From: Ginglymostoma cirratum
Taxonomy: Eukaryota
Reading direction: 5' to 3'
Length of the DNA stretch: 64,000 nucleotides
NCBI GenBank assembly: GCA_024137785.1
Contig: JAHRHZ010000282.1
Location: 62,001-126,000, forward strand
A model generated the notes under the pieces. The model searched no databases, was not told the origin of the DNA, and saw only the letters and a list, made by a program, of their open reading frames with translations. The stretch's first letter is position 1. Every line of letters begins with the position of its first letter. A program made the translations under genes and the position numbers. Shown piece after piece: positions 48,860 through 63,400 of the stretch.

Positions 48860-49950
48860 CAGATTAATGACAGTGACCAGTTCAGCGTGGGTCAATTAAG
48901 TGAGAGTCAACTCTCCTCCTCATGCCCTAAAAAAATTTCGACCGACATGTGATGGAAACGTCAGGCACAAGACAGCAGTTTATTGATGGCGGTGTTTTTA
49001 TAATGGGTATCTTCAAATATCTGACTTTCTGCACAGTGGACAGTGCAGTGCGGCTGCTCAGCATCTGGTTTGCCTGGGGAGGACTGCTAAGAGGTACTGA
49101 TGAAGGAAATACCGTTCACATTTCTTTCCAAATTGTATTTTGAACGAGGATGAATTCTTTCCTCGATTTATTTCCTCGCCAAGGTGAAATAAATTGAACA
49201 AATACAACTTAGCAGGGGCTGAAAAAAGTGTTTGTCAATGTCGACAAATAAAGTACACTCGAATGCACCATGAGGTGATCGACCCGCAGCATTAGTAATG
49301 CTCACTTGTGTATAAGCAGATCTGACAACCAGTGATCGTCAGACTTACAAATGAATTAAAAAGCGAATCTCTGACCAAAAATGCAGATTCTGCCTTCCTG
49401 AAAAATAAGTTAAAAAAAAACCACAAGCATATTAAATGAGTCAGTAGTGGAAAGAAACTAAGAATTTAATGAAGAATCTTGAAGTAGGGTCACTGGACTC
49501 CGTTTTGTCTCCACAGACGTGACCAGAGCTGCTGAGTTTCACGAGCATTTTATTTCATTTAAGAATTAATTATTTTGAAATTAAAATAACGATAAACATA
49601 AAAATAGAATTCTGATACAGAAACTGGAGCTGATGATGTTACAAAATTAAATAATCCGAGGTTTATCAACAGGAGAGTGGAGTGTAAAACACAGAACCTA
49701 CAACTAACAGCCCACTTCCTTTCAGAACAAGCTGTTCAAATCCTTCGACTGGGTTGTAGGTCTTCTTTAGGAGCATGTTACATTGCAGGGTGTTGTGAAA
49801 TAGAGACTGGGTTTGATAGCAACGAAAGGTACGAGAAGGGAAAGAAAGGCAAGAAGTGAGAGAGTGACAAAGGAAGGAAGTGAGACAGGAATGAATGGAT
49901 GGGAAAAGGTAGAAAGAATTTAATAAAGAAGTGAAGAAATGAATAAACAC
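48860..49950 (+). repeat. Second copy of the 1.1-kb block at 26350-27460
   Basis: Same colinear shared words as the first copy. Confidence 0.85.
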
Positions 49951-50849
49951 CAGCATCTATCCTCAATGAGCGACGCCATGTTATTTGGAACGTTCCTTTT
50001 GAATGTGAGGAGTCTTCATATTCCAAGAACTATAGTTATCTGCGATTATAGAGACGCAATGTATTATAGACCCATTGCAATCACTTCTCAATCGTCCGTT
50101 AATATGAAGAGACAGGACAACCAAAACGGGTACGACGATTGAACATGCACCTTTGGCATCATTCTGTCTCATATTCTAGTCATCTATACATCTGAATGAT
50201 TTCAGCTCCTTCTTGTTGAAATATATATATAATGATTCTAGTTCTCAACCATTTCTGGTTTTATATTCAAATGAATAGCTCTTTAATTATTCCAGCAGGA
50301 GACCATGGCTAATTCTATTTAAAAGAAATTATCTTTTTTTAAAAATCGCACTATTTCGAGATGTAATTACACATTTCTGCAGCAGTTAAGTCTTGAACCC
50401 GGGTTCTTGGTCCAGGGGAAGGGACATTACCACTGCGCTGGAAGTTTCAATGAAATACAAGATGAATAAGATTCCTAATTGCACAACACAATTGGGAATC
50501 TTGTTGAAATGAGAAAATATGTTTTTAGGCCAGTGACATGACCTCAGCTTAGTTTCTATCATCCATGGCTCCACCTAATGGAAGTGTAAGAACATGTTTT
50601 GTGGCGTGACATCGATATAATTTGCAGCCAGCAATTTTCTGACATGTATAATGTGGTCATCAATCTTGCCAAGGCTACAAAGTTAATGTATGAAATCATA
50701 CATTATTCGTTTTGCTCACCGAACTGTAACTAATGTGTGGATTGTGACTGAGTTCCTCTGGAGACTCTTGCCTGGTATAATTCACGGGCCCTTTGCGCCC
50801 CAGAGCGAAAGTCTTCAGCTTCAGAGAATCTAGTCGTTCCTGAAAGGAA

Positions 50850-50919
50850 ATGCATGGAGCAGCCAATGGTCTCTTCTTTGCAATTTGCTATCCCATTCTT
50901 GCAGTTATTGGTGCCCCTG
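50850..50919 (+). CDS. GPR139/142-like GPCR, coding exon 1
   Basis: MHGAANGLFFAICYPILAVIGAP+G|gtaagt; phase 1 joins CC AAT TTG at 59555 to give ..IGAPANLVTIII (TM1). Confidence 0.88.
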
Positions 50920-51549
50920 GTAAGTAATACCTCTCCGATACATCTTTATTTGCGTCTAGATTATTTTCCCTTATCTTTCAGGATAAAATTGATTTGTTTC
51001 CTAGTTAGGGACGCAGAGCTCGAAGGACCATGTGAGTGAAGTAAAAGCTGAATGAGGAGCAGATTAGGTCCACGCAGCAAGCTCGGAGTGGTGTTTTCAG
51101 GTGTAACTATACAAATGGATTACTGTTCAGATATATAACTAACAACCATCAAATAAGTCAAATAGTTTTTTATAAGGAGGGAATGACCCGATGATTAAAG
51201 ACATCTGTCAATCAGCTGAAAATAGTCGGTCTCGTTGTTGTTGATTCTTGTAGCAGGTAGCTAAACCAGTTAATGACTCATCAGGCACTATAAATAAGAA
51301 TTTTCCAAAACATCCAGTCATTAAGGGGCACTCTAACACACCTGAAGGAAGGCTACGCCAGTTGAATAATGAATTATATTCATGTGGAAATTTGATTCAT
51401 AAGTGAAAGATATGGTTTAAGTCAAGTTTATTGGAATTAGTAAAGGGTGCTAAGTATTGGGCTAATTTATCAGTGCGAATAGTAAGATTTATCACCAGTT
51501 GCATGGTGTATGAAGTTAAGGCCACGTACAATTGTTTATGTAATTAAAC

Positions 51550-54500
51550 CAAAGTAGAATGAAGTGAAGTAATAGTATGGTATTGCAGGGCAGCTCAGCA
51601 GCCTTTGGACCGTCTGGCATGTAATATGTGGGAAGACATAGTCACGTATAGCGGTTTAGATAAACACAGTTAAGGAGTGTTACAAGTTGCAGACACTCGA
51701 CTTCTAATTTTAGAGCCTAGAGTCACAATGGCACATATGTGAGTCTCAATGCACTTTGAAGACCCTTTTCGGCAAGGGAGATGCCTCACAGTCTAGAAGC
51801 ATGGAAGCAGAAAGGGAAATAATTACCCTCAGGCAGTAAAAGCCAGTAATGCACAAGCTCCTGAAGTCCCACTTGTTCAGCAAATTTTCATTTTCGATAC
51901 TGGCAAAGGTGTTGGATCCTCATATGAGTTCAGCCAAAGTCGTTACGTGTGGTTAAACTAGATAACAAGGTTCGAAGGGGAGGAGGAAGAAACAAATGAC
52001 AGGGGATTCGAGTGTTTGGAGAACAGGCGGTTCTTTCTGTGGTCATATATGATACGTTGCTAGCATGTTGTCTCCTTGGTGCCAGGTTTAAGTTCCAACA
52101 TAACTGCAGGGCATTCTTTTGGGGGATTGTGAACATCCAGAAGTTTGATCACGCAGTGACAAATGTCTCGGGCAGAATGAAGATGATATCCTGAAACCAA
52201 TATTGCAGGAACCAGGATCAAGATTGATAAAAAGGAACTCAAAATTAGCAATGTCCATATTACTCCTAATCCAAATTGCCGTTCAACATAGTAACAGGAC
52301 ACTTCGCGATTGAACACAAGTCCGGAAAGCTGGTGGAGTACAGCGAGCGTCCTGGGCAATTGTCACTGGTTCTGTGGCAGGTGGAACTTTTACACAATGT
52401 TCTTGACGTACTCTAACAGGAGACGGGTAAATATCCTCGCAGGAGTATTCATTCGTGCTGATGGGGAAGGTTCAAAGTAGATTGGGGAAAAAGGACTTAA
52501 TCCTAAGCTCGTAGTTGACTGCAGTAATTCAAAGCAAAGAAGAATAAAAGATAAATAGGAGACAAACATAGATCAAAAAGGATCAGAACACAGAATAACG
52601 GCCAAATAAAATTCAACGATCTATATCTGATTGCATGTAACATTTGAAAAAGAATTGATGTTTTGGAAGCGTACATTTAGGTAACTGGACATGATTTGAT
52701 TGTCAATTCGGAGAAGTTGCTAAGGGTGACCAGTACGGAGGACTGAATATCCAAGGTTATTGAATATACAGGAGAGATAGATAAAAAGAAAACAAAGTGA
52801 CACTTTTAGTGTGGGACGAGATCAGTAGGAGTGGACCTCAGATCGAAGGATCATGATATGGAATCAGGTTCGGTGGAAGATTATGGTCGTATTGCTAAAA
52901 TGTCAGTTGTGGAGAGCATGCCAGGATTTCTAAGTGAACTTCGATCGTCTAAATCAATAGGCTAGTACATCGCAAATGGTTAACAGCCATATAGATACAT
53001 AACAAATAAAACAAAAGCCTTTCTACATATCAACTCAGCAATGGCCGGATACAAGCACTGATTTATTCCGATCCAATCTTCCAACTGTTATTCTATAGTT
53101 GTGTACATCTAATTACCCGTGTAGAAAACGGAAAGACATTTAAAAATCTGTTTACAGGATATAGGCGTCATTGGCTGGACATATATTTACTTCGTATCCG
53201 TGGTTGCCCTGGATATGGCGGTGATGAGCTTCATTTTTCAAACCGTACGGTCCACGTGGTTTAGATAAACTCATCAATGGAGGTAGATCAGGAGTTTTCC
53301 CCAGTAACATTGAAGGAATGGACTTATAGTCCTCAGTGTGGATGATGAGAGTTTTGGTGGGGAGCTTGCATTTGGTGGTTTGCATGTGAATGTTTGATCA
53401 TTCTAGCTCCAGATAGAGGTGGTCGGAAGTTTAGAAGATTTTGTCAAAGGAGTCTTAGTGAATTTCTGCAGTTCATGTTTTGATAATCCATGCAGCTGCT
53501 TTTGAGTGTCGATTGTAGATTTGACCCATAGAATTCAGCTCTTTAGATCACATTTGCTCAAAAGCTGTAATGAGATTAACAACTGAGTGGCCTGACTTGA
53601 TATCAAACTTAGCAGCAGTGAACAGATTATTGTTGACGAGTGTTGCTTGATATCACTGTTGATGACTCCTTCACTTGCTTAACTCATGATCGAAGGTAGA
53701 CTGACAGAGCAGTAATCGGTTGGGAGGCTTTTGTCAAACATTTTTGTCAACGATGTACCTCCATAACATTTCTATATGGTTAGATAGATGCCAACGTTGT
53801 AGTTGTACTTCAAATACCTGGCTAAGGGTGCAGAACATTCTGAAGCAGAAGTTTTCAGTGCTATTGCCAGAATTTTGTTCGAATCCATTGCCTTTGCAGT
53901 ACCTAGCGTCTCAAATTTGTTTTGAAGTCACGTCGAGCTGATCAAATTAAGTGAAGTCTGGTATATTTGATACGACTGGCCTGTGGAAGAGGGCAAGATG
54001 TACGAAATCATTTACTTTGACATAAGAAAGGCACAATTTTTCTTGTAAAGTGAGAGGTTGAGAAATGTGAGCAACCCAATGTATCTTGGTGCTCTTGATT
54101 GATTCAACAATCACTAAGAGTGAGCTCCTAGATTCACAAAGTAATTAGAAAGGCAAATTTTACGTTAGCCTTCCTTGTATAGGAGTTAACATTTGTTGCA
54201 TAAGTTGCATAGAGCATTGTTCTGACCTGTACAGGAGTGTTGTGAACAGTATTGGCACCCTTATCTGAGGAGGAATGAAGATATCATAGAGGGAATGCAA
54301 TGCATGTCAACATAATAATTCCTGGGATGACAGAATTGTTTTAAAGTGTGAGACTGGGTTTGGTTCTCATTCTCGTCTCGGAGAATGATAGGTGACATGA
54401 TTGAAACATACATTTTACAGGGACCAACAGTGTGGATGCAGATAAATTGTGAAAAACTAACCTTATTTTCGTATCCAAAAAAAAATTGCATGCAAAAACT

Positions 54501-54580
54501 GTCTTAGATGCATGGCAGTATAAGGATTCATTCAATAATTGCTCGAGTCTGTGGTGCCACTTCTGGAAATACGTAATTGT
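51550..54580 (+). mobile_element. Heavily decayed CR1-like LINE remains in the GPCR intron
   Basis: Degenerate endonuclease-like stretch (about 52600-52900) and RT C-terminal-like stretch (about 54000-54560: gtattggcacccttatctgaggagga, ggtgacatgattgaaacata). Confidence 0.5.
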
Positions 54581-57500
54581 TACACCTTTGTGCATTCCCA
54601 CTTGCCAGCGCACAATATTGAAACAATGTTAGGAATAAATGTTTGAGAGTTTTAAAGATTTGAAATGTGTTACAATGATTTTCATCTACTTTATAATTTG
54701 ACTTGTGCTACTTTGTATTAAGCACTTAAATGGTATTCTGAATAATCATGTTTGAATTCATTCATGAGATGTCATTGTTGCTTGCGAAGTCAACGTGTAT
54801 GCCTAATTTTTAGCTTCGAATTCAGGAACTAGCGATTCTTTAATGCCTCAAATAATGGAATCATGGGACTCCATCACACTTCATCGAACAAATTTAATAT
54901 CGAATTACATAGGAAGCTGTTTGATCGAAAACTTTGGGGTCAACAAGTTAGAAGGGTATAAGGAATGTTCCCATTAATGAAGGAGAGACTTCCATTGAAT
55001 GAGGGATTTCTGAGATCAGAGACTCAATAGTATTAAGCCTCACCAGGGTAGCACATTGAAAAGTACATGCCACTATTCCCTTAACATCACAAATGTCAAT
55101 GATCTTATTAATTTATGCACATTTCCACAACTTGGTTGAGTTGGTTGATTTCTGTACTTCATAATGTCATAAAGCAGAGGTTGACTCCTCGGAGAACTAA
55201 AACTGTAATACACAAAGAGGAGCACCTCGCCCTCTAATACGCAAAAAGAGTGAGAAAAGTGGTGTAATCTACCTTTCAGCATCTTCTAGTTGTTAAACAA
55301 AATAAATCCTTATATGCACACTAAAACAAACAATAGCAATTTATGTACCTGAATTTAACAGTGAACAAATTAATTAAACTATTAACAAACCGAATGAATT
55401 CCTTCTAACTACTAACAAGTATCGAATAAAGCAAGATTCTGAAGGTATGCTGTTCTAATAAATATATGCCCCAATTACACAAAAAAAAACACTGGAATTT
55501 AGTCTCTCGAAATCTCTCGGTCTAGGCCCGAAACATCAGCCTTCCTGCTCCTCTGATGCTGCTTGGCCTGCTGTGTTCATCCAGCTCTACACCTTGTTAT
55601 CTCGAAATTACAGCCAGGTTACATATCTTCTGGAATGTTCCGTCCCTTCTCCGTCGATTCTTTTGTCAGGAATGTCTTCTCCGTTGATTCATCTGTCAGG
55701 AATATGAACGAGTTGTGCCGTTGGTACATTGAGATGTTGCTTTCACTAAGCCATAGCAGAGATCATGAGAGCCAATGATTCCCTCTTGACAGATGAGGGC
55801 TGTTAGCTCTGGCGAATGGCAGCTTGCTCTGGGGTCTTTGTCCAGATGTATCTTTCTTTTAATACTGTTAATAAAAAATGAATGTTTCTTACAATAGGAT
55901 TGGCCTTATGTTGTCAAAACCATCAGACTTAAATTTAATAGTTTTTTGGTATCTAATGACCTGGTTCAAATTGAAGGCTAAATTCAAAATCCTGTTGCCT
56001 CGGTTAAAAAAAAGCAGTTGCTTCACCTGCTAACTGTACGGCCTTTAGATAGAAATGTTTCAATTCAGGTGCTCTCTGTGTACTTGCAAACTTTCATGTA
56101 GCTCTCAGAGTCGTTCATTTTACATCTCTAGGCACAGAAAAAAATCGCACGATTTTTTTTAACGGGACCAGGCAATGCCTTCCCCCTAACATTTTACAAA
56201 CACCAAATTCTAACTTCCCGACTCCCAATACACAGTACTCTATCAAAATTCGCTGCAATAAGAATGACTATTACACATCAAGCGATTCTAGCTACAAGTA
56301 AACAGTTATGAACCACTGATGCAAACTGCATTTGTTAAACTATAACGTTATAAAATTCTGCCTTACCACATACAGTTAAAGATAGACCCCAAAAAAGTGG
56401 GTGTTATAGGTGGAGCAGAAGACTAAAAATGCAGGTCAATGCATTTTATCGACGGCGCCTGCTGAGATGATTCTTTTGGCATGTCAGGACGTGCTGTTCC
56501 TCAATCTTCCTTCGACAGGTAATTTCATATAGGTGATGGAGGCATAGAGCAACTGGTTCACACTAATAAAGGCTCTGACATTGGTTAAAAGCCGCAGATC
56601 CATGAACTGTTAAGGGGAAATGAACTAGCTGTTTCTTGGTTTAAGGTATTTCTAACTGCAGAGAAAAAAATGCCTCTTTGATTTCCTAACATCCACGGGC
56701 TACTGCACAAGCATTCGCACACGTTCTCATGTTCTTATAAGATGATTAGTTATCTCGCAGCCAAGAATGGAGTTGTTGGCAGGCAGAAACCCTTTGACGC
56801 TAACATCTGCTAACTACCATCTAAAGGATTCTCTGAAGCCTGCCTGTGACATCCATGACTCTGGCACTAGGGAAGAAATGTAACGTTCTGAAGTCACATT
56901 TAATGCCGCCGAATCAATATGAAATTTCCTAAAGCTATTTCTCTTTCATTCGTCCCCTTCTCCTGTGCTGTTGTTTGCCTGTAGTGTCATGGACTTGGTT
57001 GTGACATGGCTTTCCTGACAGGCCATTGTTCACCGAAGTTTCCAAAATGGAATATGATTAGGGAACAAGTTAGGTTTATGTTTTATAGGTTGAATTCAAA
57101 TCCCAATGTCAAATTGTTCATTTCAGCGTTTAACCAATAAGGCAACAAGACACAGTCTAATGTAGTAGCCCAATAAATGCTGCTCACGTTGTAAAATGTA
57201 CCTATTAAAACAGGGCAGCCGTTTTATGGGCTTTTGCAGCTCTTCCTCTCCACTTGATCTGAAGGCACAAGCCGACATTCGGTTTCAGATCTCTTTTCAA
57301 TTCCTCGAGGGCCTTGTGCTTGCAATTGGACAGCAAGATAGCTTCACTTTCAAACAACCTATGATCCTTGTCACCCAAAGTGTTGTTTATTAACTCTTTC
57401 CAAACAACCACCGTAATCAGTATGATGAGTTGTATTCTGAATGGCCGAGATTAGGTGAGGTTAATTGTTGATTGGTTTAAGGAACACAAAATCAATTCCT

Positions 57501-59554
57501 CAATATCTGTCAAGGGGAACGGGCATTGACTGATGTCACCTCCAAATGTCACATTCTGGCTGGTTCCTTGGTTCAATTATCGGTGAGTTCACACTGTTAA
57601 TTGAGTTTTAATACTGTCATTCAATGACATTTTACGATTATACAGGTTAAAGGAAAAAAAACAAAAAAGGGGAAATGCAGTCAGGACCCAATGATTAACA
57701 TCCTTGTGCCAATGTCTCAAACTGACGTAATTAGTGAGGTTCGCATTAATTCAGATGCCTACTCATCACTGACCATTTGCTCTTCTTCAGACGCATGAGT
57801 TGTATGATTTTTGAATGCTTGGAATGGGCTTTACACTGTCCTTTAGATTTTAAAGGCAAAGTTCAAACATCCAGCAGCTGAGTTTATATTGGTGTACAAT
57901 GCAGGAGAAAAGGCCCTTCAACACTTCGAGTGCGTGCTAGTTAAAAACAAACATGCAAATATCCTCATCCAATTTTCGACCACTTGGCTCATATTCTTAT
58001 ATGGCCTGGCATCGGATGTATATCTGGGACACAGGGTTTGTCCACGATTTCATACATTCTGGATGATGTAAATTGGCCATTCTTGGCCATACTTGGCCAT
58101 TCTTACCTGCTGTCAGGTAATGCTAAAAAACTACTTTGATACTTCTCCCTCATCACCAAATCATCCGTGGTAATACTTTTTACCTATTAATCACGTAATC
58201 ACGGCCAGTAAATCACGTATGTTCTTCAATTGAATAATTTATGTGCAAAGCCAGTTAAGAGTATTGCAGACCATGAAATTTGCAAGAAACATAGGGAGAG
58301 GGCCAGGGCACTAAATCAAAATGGCGTTGAATCCAATCCCTTTTTACGTTGAGATTTCTGATGAGATACTTGGTTTTCTTAATTTTCTGCTACAGTAATG
58401 AATACCGTATTCCAGCATGAATTTTAGATGTTTTACAGATAACAATCACTCTCATGCATCTGAGATAAAAGGTACTGCAGATGCTGGAGAATCCGAGATA
58501 ACAAGCGTGGGGCTGGATGAACACAGCAGGTCAAGCAGCATCATAGGAGCAGGAAAACTTGACGTTTCGGGCCTAGACCCTTCATCAGAAATGGGGGAGG
58601 GGAAGAGGGTTCTGAAATAAATAGGGAGAGAGGGGGAGGCGGATAGAGGATGGATAGAGGAGAGGATAGGTGGAGAGGAGGCAGACAAGTCGAAGAGGCG
58701 GGGATGGAGCCAGTAAAGGTGAGTGTAGGTAGGGGCGTAGGGAGGAGATAGGTCATGCATCTGTCTGTTCAATAAGACTATTTTAACTTCTTGGCAAGCT
58801 ATTGGTGCCAGGTCTAAATATGACTTTTACTCTATAATTAAACATTCCTAGTCAAATTCCCGCTTTAATCGAAATTCCAAGATATTATCTCTGTCTCTGT
58901 ATCACTTCTGTGAAGTTTCCCACTTTTTGACCGTGCAGTCTAATCTGCCTGTATAAAAATATGACCACAGAGAGCAAATGTTTCCCCTCAGCTTCGTTTG
59001 AATAGTCAGCCGCAAGGTTTGATTTAGAGACCAGAAAGCAATTTATAGACAAGACTGATTGAAGTACAATTCACATGAACAAGTATTTTCTCAATTTTTG
59101 GAACTCAAATAATTACTGATGTTTGTGCACTAGTCAGAGGTTGGTTGTGGACAAAGACTAATCAGTCGTAACAAACACAGAAGCTGCTAGAAAAGCTTAA
59201 CAGGTCTGGCAACGTCCGTGAAGAAAAAATCAGAGTTAACGTTTCAGGTCCGTGACCCTTCCTCAGAACTGATGGTGGCTAGAAAAACGTCAGGATATAT
59301 GCAGAAGGTAAGGAGAGCGAATGGGGTAGGGAGTAAACGATAGGATAAAGGATAGAGCCCAAAGAGAGAGAAGAGCAGTGGGATTGACAAAGGGGATGAT
59401 TGAGATCTGGCTTGGAGCATGAATAGCTGTTAATTGGGTCTCTTAGTGACTCACAACAAATAGTGACTAACCAGCCGTGTTTATGCACTGAATTAGATTG
59501 TAACTGATGTTCAGAGTCATTTCTGTAACATTCCTCTCTCTTGATCTCTCACAG

Positions 59555-60456
59555 CCAATTTGGTGACAATCATAATCCTTTCCCGAGGATGGTGCGGACT
59601 GTCCCGATGCGTCACTTACTACTTGTTGGTCATAGGGGTGTCTGATTTCCTTGTCATTATCACCTCTGTCATCCTCAACAGAATTGGACGTATCTACTTA
59701 AGGTATAGTGTTCTCTCAACTACACCCGGTTGCACGCTTAGTGCGGTGCTGGTTCGTTGGACTCGGGATAGCTCTGTTTGGCTGACAGTGGCGTTCACCA
59801 TTGACCGCTTTGTAGCCATCTGTTGCCAGAAACTGAAGACCAGATACTGTACTGAACAAATTGCATTGTTGGTTATAGGAACGATCTGTGTCCTGAGCTG
59901 CATCAAGAACATTCCCTTTTACTTCATCTACCAACCCTTGTACATCCAGGATAAAGTGCCCTGGTTCTGTGACGTCAAGGTCACCTTCTATACTTTGCCT
60001 GTCTGGCAGGCCTACCACTGGCTGGACCACATCTTAACCCCGTTTCTTCCATTCCTTCTCATATTGCTTCTCAATGCACTGACTGTGAGACACATCTTCG
60101 TGGCCAGCAGAGCCCGCAGGAGGCTTCGAGGTGCATCGAGTCGTGAAGACTCAGAGATGGCCAACCGCAATAAGTCCATCGTGCTGCTTTTCACCATCTC
60201 TCTCAGCTTCCTCTGCCTGTGGGTCACCTACGTCGGGCAGTTCCTCTACGTGCGGGTTGCAGGTGTGGTCTACTTCACGGGTCTGAATTTCAATGACCCA
60301 CTGTACATCTTTCAAGAGATGGCTAACATGCTCCAGTTACTCAGCTCCTGCAACAACGTCTTCATTTATGCAATATCACAGATCAGGTTTCGAAAGGAAC
60401 TGAAGAATATGCTGATGTATCCCTTTACGACGATCACTGCTTGCATTAAAGAGTAA
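59555..60456 (+). CDS. GPR139/142-like class A orphan GPCR, coding exon 2 (spliced product 323 aa)
   Basis: Acceptor ctcacag|CC; seven hydrophobic segments; VSDFLV (TM2), AFTIDRFVAICC (DRY-like), ECL2 PWFC, LTPFLPF (TM5), CLWVT (TM6), SCNNVFIY..RFRKEL (TM7/H8); 70+902=972 nt open frame. Confidence 0.93.
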
Positions 60457-63400
60457 AACAAATCTACAGTCAATGTTTCGAGTCCAGTGACTCTTCATCA
60501 CAGATGGAGGTGGAGAGTATGATTACCAGACAAGGAGAATTACTAGACACGAATGTCGACTGTACTTTCTTTCTCCAGCTGTCGCTAGACTTGCTGAATT
60601 CTTCCAGCAATTTCTGTTTTCGTTTCAGGTTTCCGGCATCCTCACTTATTAGTTTCATTATTCAAACAGAAAAGACTTCCTCCCGTTATTTCAGTTCATC
60701 AGGCTATTTCAGTGTGTAGCACGCTGTCTCGATTGTACATAAGATCCTGCACTCAAGAGAGTAAGGTCCATGCCCAGTGCAACAACTATGAGTTCCCAGC
60801 ACGGGCTCCTGTGGCACACGAAGTCTGAGGACGCACACCAACAGCAGGGTTTCTGATGGCCTCATGTTTTAGGGGTGGAAGTTAGAGATAAAGCATTAGA
60901 CCATTAAAATCGACAAGATTAACGTGAACACACAGATTAATGAGCATTTCAGTGGCAGATTAGATGTGCTGGTTTGTGAATGTGCATTGGCAAAGGGAGG
61001 GATATATCTGGTGTCAGCAATAGTGTGGAAATCTGCAGGTTATCTTGGGGTTAAATCTATGGCTGAGATTGTGAAGGGTGACTCAGTCCCACATCGTTCT
61101 TTTGGAAAGTGGCAGTAATGATGCAGAGATGGGCGTTGTCAGTGTTGTGTGAAACATTATGGTTCAGGATGATGCCACCTAAGAGGAGCGTGTAGGTGAG
61201 AAATAGAAGGAACATAAACGGATGTTTGGGGTCACCAATTTTGCCACGGCTGTGAAGGAATTGGGTAGGTAACAGTATTTTGAAGAAAAAATGGGGCCAA
61301 CTATTTTTTGCTCCAGATGAGATTTGACAATGGATGTAGAAGTGAGAGATATAGAACCAATGAGATAACTGTAAACTACATCGGTGAACATGAGTAAGTT
61401 GACTTTCAACCATTTAGAATGAATGGGTTGAGGCAGTATGGTCTGGTCTTATGTGCAAGACGAGCTCTGACAAATCGTGACAGGAAATAGAAGAGAAACT
61501 GGAGCAAAAATCAGTCCAGGTTGCAGTCAAAGAGGAATTGAGAGTCAGTTTGGACATTTTGCTATTGGAAGGGGAGGAAGTTTCATTCTAATTTAGCTCC
61601 ATTTAGGCCCTGCATGGATTCGGCCCCCTGGCAGGTTCTGTAGACAATCTATGAATAACAAATCTAAATCGTTACTGGCAGCCAGCATCTTTACAGCGCT
61701 TCATTACACTGAATACTCCTTTTTTGAAGTATCAGTTCATCTCAGTACATTGGTGAAATACATTTACTATAGTTATAGAGGCTTACACGGAGGCTATCAA
61801 GTAAAATATCTGACTGATGGCAAGTTCAATCTTAGGGCAACCAACGCAACAGGCGAAGGGTAAGTATTGAGAAGGCTGGACCTTCTTGGTAACTTCAGCC
61901 ACTGCGGGAGTTCAGCCCGCTTTGTTGGTCACACTCTGCATTTTTACAATCTTTTTCATTTGATAAATGCAAGGACAGATCTGATGAAGCTATTAGACTG
62001 AAACATACAGAAGAATTGAAGGTCTTCCATTATTGTTATTCTAGGCGATGGGGTAAAAGCAAAGATGGCTTCGTTCGTGGATGACCCCGAGCCACCAATC
62101 TTTCTGTTAAACGCCAATCGCACTGACCAATTGCACGACAGAAGCTGATGATCTCAAAGCTTGCACGATCCCCTAAAACAGGGTGTCATTGTGTTAAAGC
62201 TTCAGATTGATGCTTCCGGAATGTAAACTGTTCTCTATAAGTTTTACTTTTCCAAAATAAAGACTCGGACATTCGATGTGAAGACCTGGGAATAATTTGA
62301 TCAGACCAACTGCAGAAATACCCATGTCACCGGAGCTGTTTCTCTTCAAGTCTTTCGGTATCTTATCTGTTCACAAGTTTCCTGAAGCTGAGATGAGGTT
62401 TCAATTCCTGTCGTGTAGTAACGAGAAACCTTTCAATGCCTCAGATCAGTTACTGTCACTGAGAACACCAGAGTCAATGCCCCAATCTCTAAAAGAACGG
62501 GAAGGTGCCATGACCATCTCGGCTGTGTCGAACCACTTAGCCACCATTCTCCTCTGGTGTTGATTCATAAAGAGTTTCTAAAGTTCATAAAGATAGGGCT
62601 GGGTTTTCTGTTCTGTTCCCTTCACACTTTTCCACTTGCCAAATGACAATAAGGCCCTACAGTCTTTCCACAATTTTCAGCTTTGCATCAGGTCTAGAGG
62701 TGAGGAAATTCAGTTTTATGGAGCGTTTCCCAAGGCCGGGATTGTTTTGAAACAATAAAGAAATTGCTGGAGAAACTCAGCTTCAGTGGAGAGAGAAACA
62801 GGGCTAATGTTTCCAATACCGTATGATTTTCATTGAGAAGTAGCGTTTCCTATATGTGAACAAATGAAGCATTCCGAGAAAATGTGGTTGTGTAAGCGGG
62901 AACTTATCTCAAAAACTGCAACGGCAGGTAACACAATCACAAGGATTCGAACCTATACTAGAAATAAATTCAAACTACTTTCCGCGTGGCTTGCCTTGAC
63001 CAATCAGTCAAGAGTACCACGCTGTGTGTGCAGCAAATATTTTTCTTGGAATGATTTTGGCATGGGAGGCGAGGATTAGACTTATCCTATCCACGTCACA
63101 ACTTTGAAATTTTAATTGAGCTATACATATTGATAATAAATAGATTGGACGTGAAGAGCAAATTTACATGAACAGAGAGATGAATAATCGGGGCGTTGGG
63201 TCGAGAAAGACCTTGCATTTATAAAACGAGTTTCATCGCTACCTGAATCAAAAACTGCTCGCAGCTAAGAAAGTACTTATGAAGCAGATTCATATTTAAA
63301 CACCCACAAAAAACAACATCTTTCTCCTCGCAGACTTGCTCTGACCTGCTGAGTTTTCCCAACATTTTATGTTTGGGAATTAGTGAGAGAAATGTCTGGT

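Noticed and set aside
58073-58120. (TTGGCCATWC)3 followed by a cag|gtaat donor, considered as GPCR exon 1
   Set aside because: Short tandem repeat without TM1-like coding; 50850-50919 fits far better
62297-62563. TATTTCTGC (YFC) on the minus strand suggesting another V
   Set aside because: No upstream framework motifs and no RSS
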